From the NCBI GenBank assembly GCA_046292385.1, contig JBKBRF010000001.1:269608-333607 (forward strand): a DNA stretch of 64,000 nucleotides, in the 5' to 3' direction. The stretch comes from Armatimonadota bacterium. Its GTDB lineage: Bacteria; Armatimonadota; SYMT01. The notes under the pieces were generated by a model that was not told the DNA's origin, ran no database searches, and saw nothing but the letters and a program-made list of their open reading frames with translations. Every line of letters begins with the position of its first letter. Positions within the stretch are counted from its first letter, which is position 1. The translations under genes were made by a program, and so were the position numbers. Below, piece after piece: positions 48,593 through 58,339 of the stretch.

Positions 48593-48790
48593 CAGGACCT
48601 CCTGCGCGGGGTAGGCGGCGGGCAAGCACCGGAATCAACAGCCCCCGCACACCTCTCTCATCGCCGGATCCTTCCGCGCTCAAACGAGCCTCGAAACGAT
48701 GTCATTTCGACCCGACCAGGGATGAACTGGCCGACCGGTGGGTAAGAACCGCAGGTGGCGCCCAGATCGCGCCGGTCCGGAGGAGTGGGG

Positions 48791-50209
48791 TTGAAGCTGC
48801 AGCTCGCGAGACTGATCGAGGACGTGAAGACGAGCCTCTGGTTCGTGCCGACCGTCTTCGTGGTACTCGCCTGCGGCCTCGCGTTCGGCATGATGCATGT
48901 CGACCGTGTTATGGAGGGCAGGTGGCTGCGCGACACCCCCTGGATCTTCGGCGCCGGGACAGACGGCGCGCGCGAAGTGCTCTCCGCGATTGCCTCCACG
49001 ATGATCACGGTCGTCGGTCTGACTTACTCGGTCACAGTGGTCGCGCTGGTTCTGGCTGCTCAGCAGTACACCCCGCGGGTGCTGCGCCAGTTCACGTCCG
49101 ACCGCGGCAACCAGGTAGTCCTCGGGGGCTTCATCGCAACTTTCGTCTATTCCCTGCTCGTGCTGCGGAGCGTGAGCTCGGAAGAGAACGGCGGATTCGT
49201 GCCCCACATTTCGGTGACGGTGGGGGTAGCGCTGGCCCTGATGTCGATCGGGATGCTGATCTACTTCATCCATCACCTTACCACCACGATCCGGCCGAGC
49301 TGCATCGTCGGCACAGTGGCGAAAGAGACGATCGGGCTGATTGACCGCCTGTTGGACGGGCATAGAGGAGACGATCCGGAAGCGGCACAGCTACCGGCGC
49401 CAAATGAATGGAGCGAGGCCGTGGCAGTGGGCGCTCCGGCCGACGGTTACGTCCAGGGGATCGACTTCGCTCGGCTCCAAAAGCTGGCGCGCGCGCACGG
49501 CTTCGCGTGGCGGGCGGAAGTAAAGGTAGGTGATTTCGTGACCCGCGACGCTCCCATGCTGCGGATCTGGCCGGCAGAGCGGTTGCGGGAGGCTCGCGAG
49601 CAGCGACTGCAGCGTCACGTGTTAGTCGGCACGGAGCGAACGATGCATCAGGATCCGGACTTCGGCGTGCTGGTGATCGTCGACATCGCCGTCAAGGCGC
49701 TCTCGCCCGGAATCAACGATCCGACCACCGCCGCGATCTGCATCGACTACTTGAGCGCGATCCACTGCCGGTACTTGGAGCGGCTCCAGGCGGTGGAAGA
49801 CGTGCGTGTGGCGGCTGGGCGCCGCCGGATTGTCAACCTGCCCGGTTTCGATGAGTTGGTGCGGCGCAGCTACGATCCGATCCGCCGTCACGCGCGGGGG
49901 GAGGTGGCGATCTACCATCGACTGCTGGAGGCACTGGAGCGGATCGCCCGCGTCAGCCGGGCCCCCGCTTACCGAGACGCGGTGCGGCAGCAGGTCGACT
50001 CGATCCAGGCGGCTGCCGTAGACGTTACGAGCGCAGATCGCGACGACATCGAGCGGGCCTGCTGGCGCGTGCTCGCGGCGCTTTCTCCTACCCTTGTCCG
50101 GACCGAGCCGCATGCGGGGGCCGGAGTGGGAGCGCCTGGGCCGTCCGCGAGCGGCACGGGACGACGCGACCGGCAGACGAACTTGCCGCGCGGCACGCAT
50201 CCGGTATAA
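48791..50209 (+). CDS. DUF2254-family membrane protein
   Basis: SLWFVP, QQYTPRVL, LGGFIATFVY, DIAVKALSPGINDPTTA motifs; TTG start after GGAGGAG. Confidence 0.88.
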   Translation: MKLQLARLIEDVKTSLWFVPTVFVVLACGLAFGMMHVDRVMEGRWLRDTPWIFGAGTDGAREVLSAIASTMITVVGLTYSVTVVALVLAAQQYTPRVLRQFTSDRGNQVVLGGFIATFVYSLLVLRSVSSEENGGFVPHISVTVGVALALMSIGMLIYFIHHLTTTIRPSCIVGTVAKETIGLIDRLLDGHRGDDPEAAQLPAPNEWSEAVAVGAPADGYVQGIDFARLQKLARAHGFAWRAEVKVGDFVTRDAPMLRIWPAERLREAREQRLQRHVLVGTERTMHQDPDFGVLVIVDIAVKALSPGINDPTTAAICIDYLSAIHCRYLERLQAVEDVRVAAGRRRIVNLPGFDELVRRSYDPIRRHARGEVAIYHRLLEALERIARVSRAPAYRDAVRQQVDSIQAAAVDVTSADRDDIERACWRVLAALSPTLVRTEPHAGAGVGAPGPSASGTGRRDRQTNLPRGTHPV

Positions 50210-50210
50210 T
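50183..50210 (+). promoter_or_regulatory. Sigma70-type promoter for the riboswitch leader
   Basis: TTGCCG-N16-TATAAT, overlapping the end of the DUF2254 gene. Confidence 0.6.
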
Positions 50211-50253
50211 GGAGGTGGTTGCGCCGGGCGATGCCCCGGTCGCACATAACCAG

Positions 50254-50384
50254 ACGCCTAATCCAAATCTGGAACGGGGGACCCGATCTTTCGGGGCGAA
50301 GGATGTCTGCCTGCCGGCAGCGTCCCGGGTGTCTCTTCTCACCCGAGCCCGTCAGCTAACCTCGTCGGCGTGGCGCGAAGAGAC
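50254..50384 (+). ncRNA. c-di-AMP riboswitch (ydaO/yuaA)
   Basis: ACGCC/GGCGT P1; AATCC..GGAACGGGGGACCC..GGGGCGAA..CCCGAGCCCGTCAGCTAACCTCGT consensus blocks; pseudoknot GTCTCTTC (50331-50338) / GAAGAGAC (50377-50384). Confidence 0.92.
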
Positions 50385-50438
50385 CCAGGCCGCGCGCGTC
50401 CGGACCACAGTGTCCGTTCGTCCGCTCGCCTGCCGAGC

Positions 50439-50469
50439 AGCCACGCACCTTTGCGTGGCTTTTTTTATT
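50439..50469 (+). terminator. Riboswitch expression-platform terminator
   Basis: AGCCACGCA-CCTT-TGCGTGGCT followed by TTTTTTATT, upstream of the next start codon. Confidence 0.88.
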
Positions 50470-50508
50470 CGGTGGGCGCGGCCTGGTTGGCAATGGAGGA
50501 ATCGGCCA

Positions 50509-50736
50509 ATGATGCCCCGATACTCGATCGAGATCGACGGGATGCCGCTGGATGCGGAGCTGGAGACACGCCGCGAGGTGGTGCTCGGCCCGGACGTGAC
50601 GCTGCTGCCGAACGGAGGGAGCTCCGCGCGCAGCACGCCCGGAGCGCCGGATGCACCTTCAGGCTGGATGCTGGAGCTTTGTGGGCTGGAAGGCGACGTG
50701 GTGCGGGTGTTGATTGCGGAGGGTGAAAGCGAATGA
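50509..50736 (+). CDS. Small hypothetical protein (75 aa)
   Basis: GGAGGA RBS; ATGA overlap with the STAS gene; the annotated 50209 start would run through the riboswitch. Confidence 0.6.
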   Translation: MMPRYSIEIDGMPLDAELETRREVVLGPDVTLLPNGGSSARSTPGAPDAPSGWMLELCGLEGDVVRVLIAEGESE

Positions 50737-51137
50737 ATTCGGCGACGTGTACTGTGGAGCTGAGCGAGCCCCAGTTGTCCGTACCGTCGACGTTCCACGT
50801 GACGGTGGCAAGCTCGGGTGACGCCGCAGTGGCCCGCGTGGAGGGGCCGGTCGACCTGGAGACTTCCGCGGAGCTGGTGGAGCGACTGGAGAGCCTCTCC
50901 GGACGCGCCAACCGACTGGTGCTCGACCTGCAGCGGGTCGACTACGTCGACAGCACCGGCGTCCGCAGCCTGATGCAGCTTCAGACGCGGCTTCGCTCCC
51001 GGCGGGCGGAGCTCCGGCTGGTGGTGATGCCGGGCAGCCGGGTCCACCGCACGCTCTCGCTGCTCCGGCTGGAGGACTACTTCCCGATCTTCGACACGGC
51101 GGCGGACGCCTGCGCGCGCCGCACCGAGATCTCGTAA
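50733..51137 (+). CDS. STAS-domain anti-sigma factor antagonist (RsbV/SpoIIAA-like)
   Basis: VEGPVDL, LVLDLQRVDYVDSTG with the phosphorylatable Ser. Confidence 0.9.
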   Translation: MNSATCTVELSEPQLSVPSTFHVTVASSGDAAVARVEGPVDLETSAELVERLESLSGRANRLVLDLQRVDYVDSTGVRSLMQLQTRLRSRRAELRLVVMPGSRVHRTLSLLRLEDYFPIFDTAADACARRTEIS

Positions 51138-51273
51138 TCAGCACCAGATCCTGGCCGTACGCTCTCCGAGGTCTTCGGGAGTGGCGGCCGCTGCGGGGGA
51201 GGGCGGGTCGGTTGACCCGCCCTTTTCGCATGCCGGGTTGCAAGCCGGGTGCCTGCCCCGGCGGTGAGAGCAC

Positions 51274-52467
<1,194 letters not shown>

Positions 52468-52529
52468 TCCTGATCCTCCGTCCGGTCTGTTGGGCATGGC
52501 TGGGCACGGTTCCTTGTTGCGTGGGCGCA

Positions 52530-52556
52530 GGATTGGGCCGGGTTACGCAGGGGTAC
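52530..52556 (+). promoter_or_regulatory. SigB/SigF-like promoter
   Basis: GGATT-N16-GGGTAC, 59 nt before the 52616 start. Confidence 0.5.
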
Positions 52557-52615
52557 AATGCGCCGAACCGCCCGTGAGAGGCGGAACAGGGCTTGTGTGG
52601 AACACCGGAGGAGTT

Positions 52616-53002
52616 ATGTCGATCGAGGCGTCGGGAACGGCGTATGCCGCGGGGCGTATTCAGGAGCTGGAGCGGGAGAACCGGGCGCTGCAGGAGCAGC
52701 TGCGCCGGCTGGCGACGCAGCAGACGGCGCTGCGCGGGGCGATGCAGGAGGTGGAGCACGAGCGGGAGGCGACCACGCGCATCGCTCAGCAGGTCCGCGT
52801 AGAAGAGCAGGCGACTCGCGCCGCGGTGGAGGTCCAGAACAGCAGCCTCAACCTCTCCGTGGTGCTGCAGGTGCTCAACTTCTTCATGCTGATCGTGCTC
52901 GTCTGTGGCCTCTTCTTCTGGCTTCCGAAGGCGGTGGCGGCGTCCGCGGCGGCGGCGCGCCCCTCGGTCACCACCTCCGGCGGCACGGCACTGGTGCGGT
53001 AA
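52616..53002 (+). CDS. Hypothetical coiled-coil protein with C-terminal TM helix
   Basis: GGAGGAG RBS; RIQELERENRALQEQL heptads; FFMLIVLVCGLFFWLP helix. Confidence 0.75.
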   Translation: MSIEASGTAYAAGRIQELERENRALQEQLRRLATQQTALRGAMQEVEHEREATTRIAQQVRVEEQATRAAVEVQNSSLNLSVVLQVLNFFMLIVLVCGLFFWLPKAVAASAAAARPSVTTSGGTALVR

Positions 53003-53009
53003 GGCCGAG

Positions 53010-53300
53010 ATGAGCACGCTGCTTCAAAAGCTGCTGGTCGCCCTCGGCCGGCGCGGGGTGCAGACGCCGATCGACGGCACGCTGGGCGCCGCCTATCGCG
53101 CGCTCCAGCAGTACCACGAGCGGTATCCGAACGTCTTCACCCACGCGGCGGAGATCCTGCTGGCGGAGGTGGAGGGCGGCGCCACCACGGTAGACCAGAT
53201 CCCGCAGCGGATGGGACAACTGGTCCAGATGCTGGATCGCCTGCACCGGGAGGAAGACGTCGCCGCCTGGGCCGAGCAGGACGTGGTGGTAGTGGTGTAA
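53010..53300 (+). CDS. Small hypothetical protein (96 aa)
   Basis: 7 nt after the previous gene; GC3-biased; followed by a hairpin. Confidence 0.7.
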   Translation: MSTLLQKLLVALGRRGVQTPIDGTLGAAYRALQQYHERYPNVFTHAAEILLAEVEGGATTVDQIPQRMGQLVQMLDRLHREEDVAAWAEQDVVVVV

Positions 53301-53308
53301 CGCGCCGC

Positions 53309-53350
53309 GGGCCGCCTCTCCACGGAGAGGCGGCCCACCGATCCTTCTTT
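53309..53350 (+). terminator. Probable terminator
   Basis: GGGCCGCCTCTC / GAGAGGCGGCCC 12-bp stem, pyrimidine-rich tail. Confidence 0.55.
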
Positions 53351-53489
53351 CCACCCTCGTCTCGCCTCTTCCCGCCCGCCCCGGAAGGCGGAAGCCGGGC
53401 ATGCGGTGAACGTTACCCGTCCCGACGCGGCGAAGCGGCGCGGGGCCCGCGGCGCGGAGGGTGCCGCCGGGGTGGGAAGGGGACGGGAA

Positions 53490-54455
53490 ATGGTCCAGCA
53501 GGTAGGATCGCGTGGGGCGGTGCGCGCCCTCCTAGGGATGGGGGCGTGCGCGCTCGCGCTGGGTCTGGCGCCGGTCGCGGCGCAGGCGCCGGAGAAGGTG
53601 CTCTTCATCTCGAATCGCGGCGACGGCGAGATGCTGAACGTCTACGTGATGAACTCGGACGGCTCGGACCAGAAGCTCGTCGCCAAGAGCAACGCCATCG
53701 ACATCGGCCCGCGGTTCTCCCCGGACGGCAAGCAGATCGCCTTCTCCTCCGCAAACCCGGCGGAGCAGAAGGTCGGCATCTACGTCATGAGCCCGGACGG
53801 CTCCGGCCGCAAGCTGGTCTCCCCCGCGACCATGCAGGCGTTTGCGCCCTGCTGGTCCGGCGACGGCAAGCGCATCCTCTTTACCCAGCTCGAGACGGCC
53901 GCCGGCGGGCCGCCGAAGCTGAACCTGGTGGCGATGGACGCGGACGGCAAGAACGTGCAGCCGCTCGCCGGCGTCCGCGGCATGATGGCGACCTGGTCGC
54001 CCGACGGGAAGAAGATCGCCTACACCTCCGTGCCCACCGGCCCCGACGAGAAGCCGCTGGTCTACGTGATGGACGCCGACGGCAAGAACTCGAAGGCGCT
54101 CACCAAGGATGTCGCGATGATGGCGGAGTGGTCGCCGGACGGCAAGCAGATCGCCTTCATCGGCGAAGGCGGCGGCTCCCAGCCGGATGTCTTCCTGATG
54201 AACGCGGACGGCTCGCAGCTCCGGCAGCTCACCAAGACGCCGGACGCGGAGATCGGCGTGGAGTGGTCTGCCGACGGCAAGCTGCTCCGGTTTACCCGCG
54301 TGCCGCAGGGCGGGCCGGAGCAGCTGGAGAAGGCGGACATCTTCTCGATCGGCGCGGACGGCAAGAACGAGAAGCGCCTGACCGATGCCCCGGGCGCGGA
54401 GCTGGTAGGCAGCTCCGGCATCATGCTGATGATGAGCCGCATCAGCGGCGGTTAA
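53490..54455 (+). CDS. Secreted TolB-like PD40-repeat beta-propeller protein
   Basis: Repeated WSPDGKxIAF / YVMxxDG units; signal peptide. Confidence 0.88.
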   Translation: MVQQVGSRGAVRALLGMGACALALGLAPVAAQAPEKVLFISNRGDGEMLNVYVMNSDGSDQKLVAKSNAIDIGPRFSPDGKQIAFSSANPAEQKVGIYVMSPDGSGRKLVSPATMQAFAPCWSGDGKRILFTQLETAAGGPPKLNLVAMDADGKNVQPLAGVRGMMATWSPDGKKIAYTSVPTGPDEKPLVYVMDADGKNSKALTKDVAMMAEWSPDGKQIAFIGEGGGSQPDVFLMNADGSQLRQLTKTPDAEIGVEWSADGKLLRFTRVPQGGPEQLEKADIFSIGADGKNEKRLTDAPGAELVGSSGIMLMMSRISGG

Positions 54456-54476
54456 CGCCCGCGTAACGCTTCGTCA

Positions 54477-54520
54477 GCGGCCTCTCCGGGGGAGCTCCCG
54501 GGGAGGCCGCGGTGGTTTTT
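54477..54520 (+). terminator. Probable intrinsic terminator
   Basis: GCGGCCTCTCCGGG / CCCGGGGAGGCCGC stem, then GGTGGTTTTT. Confidence 0.6.
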
Positions 54521-54656
54521 AGGCCCGGTTTCCTCGCAAACTCAGCGTCTCGCGGAGGCGCGGCTCACGACGGATGCGTTATGATTCGGTGGCAGAGTCG
54601 CCACTGCTGCTCGTCACCCTAGCCCAGGTTTGCCAACAGGAGTAGTCACACCCCCC

Positions 54657-55499
54657 GTGCATGTTGAGCCAGTCGACTTTCTAAATATCCTGATCCTGAT
54701 CGCCCTGGAAGGCATCCTGAGCGGGGACAACGCGCTCGTGCTGGCGGTCCTGGTACTCCCGCTCGGCTTCGCCGAACAGCGGAAGGCGCTTCGCTACGGC
54801 ATCATCGGGGCGTTCGTGCTCCGCGCCATCGCCACGCTGCTCGCCGTCCAGCTCACCCAGATGAAGTGGGTCAACCTGCTGGGCGGGCTCTACCTGCTCT
54901 ACCTGCCGTACAAGCACTTCACCGCCCATCCGGACGAAGCACCGGATACCGCCGCGGAGATCAAAGCCGCTGCCACCGGGTTCCTGGGCCTCTCCCTCTT
55001 CTGGTCCACGGTGATTCGCGTGGAGCTGACTGACCTCGTCTTCGCGATCGACTCGATCCTGGTGGCGGTGGCGATCTCCAAGAAGACCTGGGTCATCGTC
55101 ACGGGCGGACTCCTGGGCATCCTGATGATGCGGATGCTCACCCTGCAGGTGCTGGCGCTGGTAAAGAAGTACCCGAAGCTGATCGACGGCGCCTACATCG
55201 TGGTGGCGTGGGTGGGGGTGAAGCTGCTCTGGGAGTACATTCACGTGACCACTCACCTGCTGCCAGAGCTGCCGAAACAGATCGGCATCGGAGTGGTGAT
55301 CGTGCTTTTCGTGGCAGCGTTTCTTTACGCGCGGCAGTTCCCCGCGCCCCCCGAGGAAATCGCCGCGACCTCCTCCGCCGAGGCGCTATTCGGGGTGGAG
55401 GCGCCTGCGGTGGTGGAAACCGTCCCGCCGAACGGCTCCGCGCCGGGGGCGGCGTCCCCGCCGGCCGAGGAGCACGAGCCGCCGGTGCGCACCGGGTAG
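54657..55499 (+). CDS. TerC-family membrane protein
   Basis: LEGILSGDNALV, GIIGAFVLR, DLVFAIDSI motifs; start uncertain. Confidence 0.9.
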   Translation: MHVEPVDFLNILILIALEGILSGDNALVLAVLVLPLGFAEQRKALRYGIIGAFVLRAIATLLAVQLTQMKWVNLLGGLYLLYLPYKHFTAHPDEAPDTAAEIKAAATGFLGLSLFWSTVIRVELTDLVFAIDSILVAVAISKKTWVIVTGGLLGILMMRMLTLQVLALVKKYPKLIDGAYIVVAWVGVKLLWEYIHVTTHLLPELPKQIGIGVVIVLFVAAFLYARQFPAPPEEIAATSSAEALFGVEAPAVVETVPPNGSAPGAASPPAEEHEPPVRTG

Positions 55500-55556
55500 T
55501 CTCCGTTTTGCCGGAGAGGGATTTCGCGCGCGTCCCTCTCCGGCGAAGAGCCGCCT

Positions 55557-56711
55557 TCAGACGATCGGCCACGGAAAGCGGGTGCGGAGCGGGATGCGGC
55601 GACCGCTCTGCGCCGACTCCCGCGCCGCCACGATCACCTCCAGCACGTGCAGCGCGTGCTCCGGGCGGATGAGCGACTCGCCCCCGGCTGCCAGGCATTT
55701 CGCTGCGTAGGAGGCACCCTGCTCCCAGACGTAGCCCTGCGAGTCGGTCACGTGCCGCCGCGGCTTGGGGTGGTCCGCCGTCGCGAGATCGACCCCGTGC
55801 GGCGCCCAGTCGTAACCCACCAGGTGCATGCTCCCGCCGGTGCCGACCAGTGAGATCGTGGAGCGCTCCTGGCCCGCGCCCTCGTGCCCGTGCGGATCGA
55901 AGTAGTTGAAGCCGCACTGCACGTGGGAGAAGACGCCGCCGCCGTGGTCCATCAGGACGGTCGCGTTGTCCTCCGCCTCCACCCGGATCTCGCCCTTCCC
56001 GGCGATCTCCCGGGTCGGCGTGTTGATGCTGGTCATCGCCATCACCGACCGGGCCGGCCCGAGGATGCCGGTGAGGGTAGTGAGGTTGTAGACGCCGAGG
56101 TCCGGCAGGCTGCCGCCGCCTTTCTGGTAGAAGAAGGCGGACCAGTTCGGCCCCAGGTGCCCGTAGCTCGCGTGGGCCGCCGCCGGCTTACCTAGCGTCC
56201 CCTCCTTGACCGTGCGGGCCATGAAGGCGAACTGCGGGCTCAGCACCACGGCCGGCGCTCCCCAGAGCCGCACCTTCTTTCGCTCCGCCGTCTCCAGCAG
56301 CCGCTGCCCCTCCGTCACCGTGTTGGCCAGCGGCTTCTCGCTCCAGACGTTCCGGCCCGCTTCCAGCGCCTGGAGGTTCAGGTGGCCGTGCTCCTGCATG
56401 TCGGTCAGGTTGACCAGCAGGTCGAACGGCGCGCCGGCGAGCATCTTTTCGAGCCTGGGGTAGTGGCTCGGGATGCCGTACTTCGCCGCGGCGGCGCTGG
56501 CGCGCTCCGGGATCCGGTCGCAGGCGCTCACCAGCTCCACGTGCGGCGACTTCTTCAGGTCCGGGAAGTACATCCCGGAGACGCTGCCGCAGCCGATCAC
56601 GCCGACGCGGATCTTTTTTCCCGCCTCGCCCGCGGCCGCCGGGACGGCGGGTGCGACGGCGAGCGCGGAGCCGACGGCACCGCATTGGCCCAGGAAGGTC
56701 CGACGATCCAT
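55557..56711 (-). CDS. Tat-exported Gfo/Idh/MocA oxidoreductase
   Basis: MDRRTFL Tat motif, IGCGSVS, SEKPLA, GGGSLPDLGVY. Confidence 0.9.
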   Translation of the reverse strand: MDRRTFLGQCGAVGSALAVAPAVPAAAGEAGKKIRVGVIGCGSVSGMYFPDLKKSPHVELVSACDRIPERASAAAAKYGIPSHYPRLEKMLAGAPFDLLVNLTDMQEHGHLNLQALEAGRNVWSEKPLANTVTEGQRLLETAERKKVRLWGAPAVVLSPQFAFMARTVKEGTLGKPAAAHASYGHLGPNWSAFFYQKGGGSLPDLGVYNLTTLTGILGPARSVMAMTSINTPTREIAGKGEIRVEAEDNATVLMDHGGGVFSHVQCGFNYFDPHGHEGAGQERSTISLVGTGGSMHLVGYDWAPHGVDLATADHPKPRRHVTDSQGYVWEQGASYAAKCLAAGGESLIRPEHALHVLEVIVAARESAQSGRRIPLRTRFPWPIV

Positions 56712-56891
56712 GACAGGCTCCTCTCTTCGAGAGTTGGGTCCGTTTCGTGCGATCCAGTACGCCGCCGCGAAGGAGAGTCCTCTGCTCCGCGCGACGGACC
56801 GATTCCGGGGAAGGGAGACGCCGGTCCGGCGGGGAAACCGACCGACGACTGGGCGGCAGCCACCCGATGCCGCCCCGCGCCGGAGCCCGCG

Positions 56892-58046
56892 ATGATCTCT
56901 TCGATTCCCCGGTTCACCTTCAATGCCCCGCCGAAGCTGATCTTCGGATCGGATAGCCTGGAGCAGCTTCCCGGCGAGGCCGCGCGCCTCGGCCGCCGGC
57001 CGCTCCTCGTCACGGGCCGCTCCCTCCGCGCGTCCGGCACGCTCGATCGCCTTCTGGCAGCGCTCCGGGACGCGGGTCTCGAGCCGCGGCTGCACGAAGG
57101 CGTGCCGCCGGAGCCGGACCTCGACGCGCTGCAGGCCTGCAGGGAGGCGGGTGAGGAGTGCGACAGCGTGATCGCCGTCGGCGGCGGGAGCGTGCTCGAC
57201 ATCGCCAAGGGGGCGGCGGCGCTCTCCGGGCGGGGAAAGAGCGCGCGCGACTACTTCGCGGGCGAGCCGGTGCCGGAAACCGGCAAGCCGCTGATCGCTG
57301 TGCCGACCACCTCCGGCACCGGAAGCGAGGTGACCTGGGTCTGCGTGCTGGTGGACCACCAGACCCGCCGCAAGGCGAGCATCCGCGGCGGCGCCATGAT
57401 GCCGCAGGTGGCGCTGGTCGATCCGCGGCTCACCGTCACCTGCCCGCCGCACGTGACCGCCCACTCCGGGATGGACGCCTTCGTCCAGGCGGTCGAGTCG
57501 TTCACCTCCCGTGGGGCGAACCCGATGACCGACGCCCTCTCGCTCCGCGCCGCCTGCCTGACGGCCGAGTGGGTGGAGACCGCCTACCGGGAGCCGGAGC
57601 ACCGCGAGGCGCGGGAGGCGATGGCGCTGGGGAGCATGCTCGCCGGGCTGGCGCTGAACACCAGCCGGCTGGGGCTGGTCCACGGCCTCGCCCACCCGCT
57701 CGGCGCCGTCACGGGCGCGCCGCACGGCCTGCTCTGCGGGCTGCTGATGCCGCCGGTGCTGCGCTTCAACCGGGTCGCCGCCGCGGAGAAGTACGCCCTC
57801 CTGGCCCGGGAGCTGAAGCTGGCATCGGAGCACATCGACGCTCTCGACGCCGCCGACGCGCTCCTCGCGTTCACCGAAGAGCTGCTGCGCCGCCTCGAGA
57901 TCCCGCTCCGGCTCCGCGAGATCGGCTTCCGGGAGGCGGACCTCGACTGGGTCGCGGCGGAGACGATGCCGAGCGGCAGCACGAAGGCGAACCCGCGTCC
58001 CGTCACCGAGTCCGACGCGCGCGAGGTAGCGGAGTCGGCGATGTAG
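56892..58046 (+). CDS. Iron-containing alcohol dehydrogenase family protein
   Basis: GGGSVLDIAK, PTTSGTGSEVT, GLVHGLAH, PHG motifs. Confidence 0.92.
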   Translation: MISSIPRFTFNAPPKLIFGSDSLEQLPGEAARLGRRPLLVTGRSLRASGTLDRLLAALRDAGLEPRLHEGVPPEPDLDALQACREAGEECDSVIAVGGGSVLDIAKGAAALSGRGKSARDYFAGEPVPETGKPLIAVPTTSGTGSEVTWVCVLVDHQTRRKASIRGGAMMPQVALVDPRLTVTCPPHVTAHSGMDAFVQAVESFTSRGANPMTDALSLRAACLTAEWVETAYREPEHREAREAMALGSMLAGLALNTSRLGLVHGLAHPLGAVTGAPHGLLCGLLMPPVLRFNRVAAAEKYALLARELKLASEHIDALDAADALLAFTEELLRRLEIPLRLREIGFREADLDWVAAETMPSGSTKANPRPVTESDAREVAESAM

Positions 58047-58113
58047 CGGTTGGAAGTCGGCTCCGGTCCGCAGCGTCCCCTCTCGACGGACTGGTAAACG
58101 TCCGGGGCAGACT

Positions 58114-58253
58114 TTGGACTGCGGTGGCTTGCCACCGCTTTGTGGAGCCTCTCTCCCGCGATAGCTTGCTCCGGGCGGGAGCACGCTTACGCAGGTTGCG
58201 GCGGGCCGGAATCGGAGACGGCGGCGAAAGCGGTAGCAAGCTACCGCACTCCA
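58114..58253. repeat. Inverted REP pair (same family as 44141 and 63805)
   Basis: TTGGACTGCGGTGGCTTGCCACCGCTTT ... AAAGCGGTAGCAAGCTACCGCACTCCA. Confidence 0.8.
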
Positions 58254-58339
58254 GAAACCGCACCGGTGGGCAGCGTCCACCTTCGGATTAGAATTACGAG
58301 TAGGAGTGGCCGCATCCGCGGCCCTGCCTTTCCGGAGTA

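Noticed and set aside
50209..50508. 175-aa version of the ORF upstream of STAS
   Set aside because: Its 5' part overlaps the c-di-AMP aptamer and terminator; the RBS supports a start at 50509
54520..54660. yybP-ykoY (Mn2+) riboswitch before terC
   Set aside because: Only GGAGTAG matches, and it more likely serves as the RBS; the other conserved aptamer elements were not found
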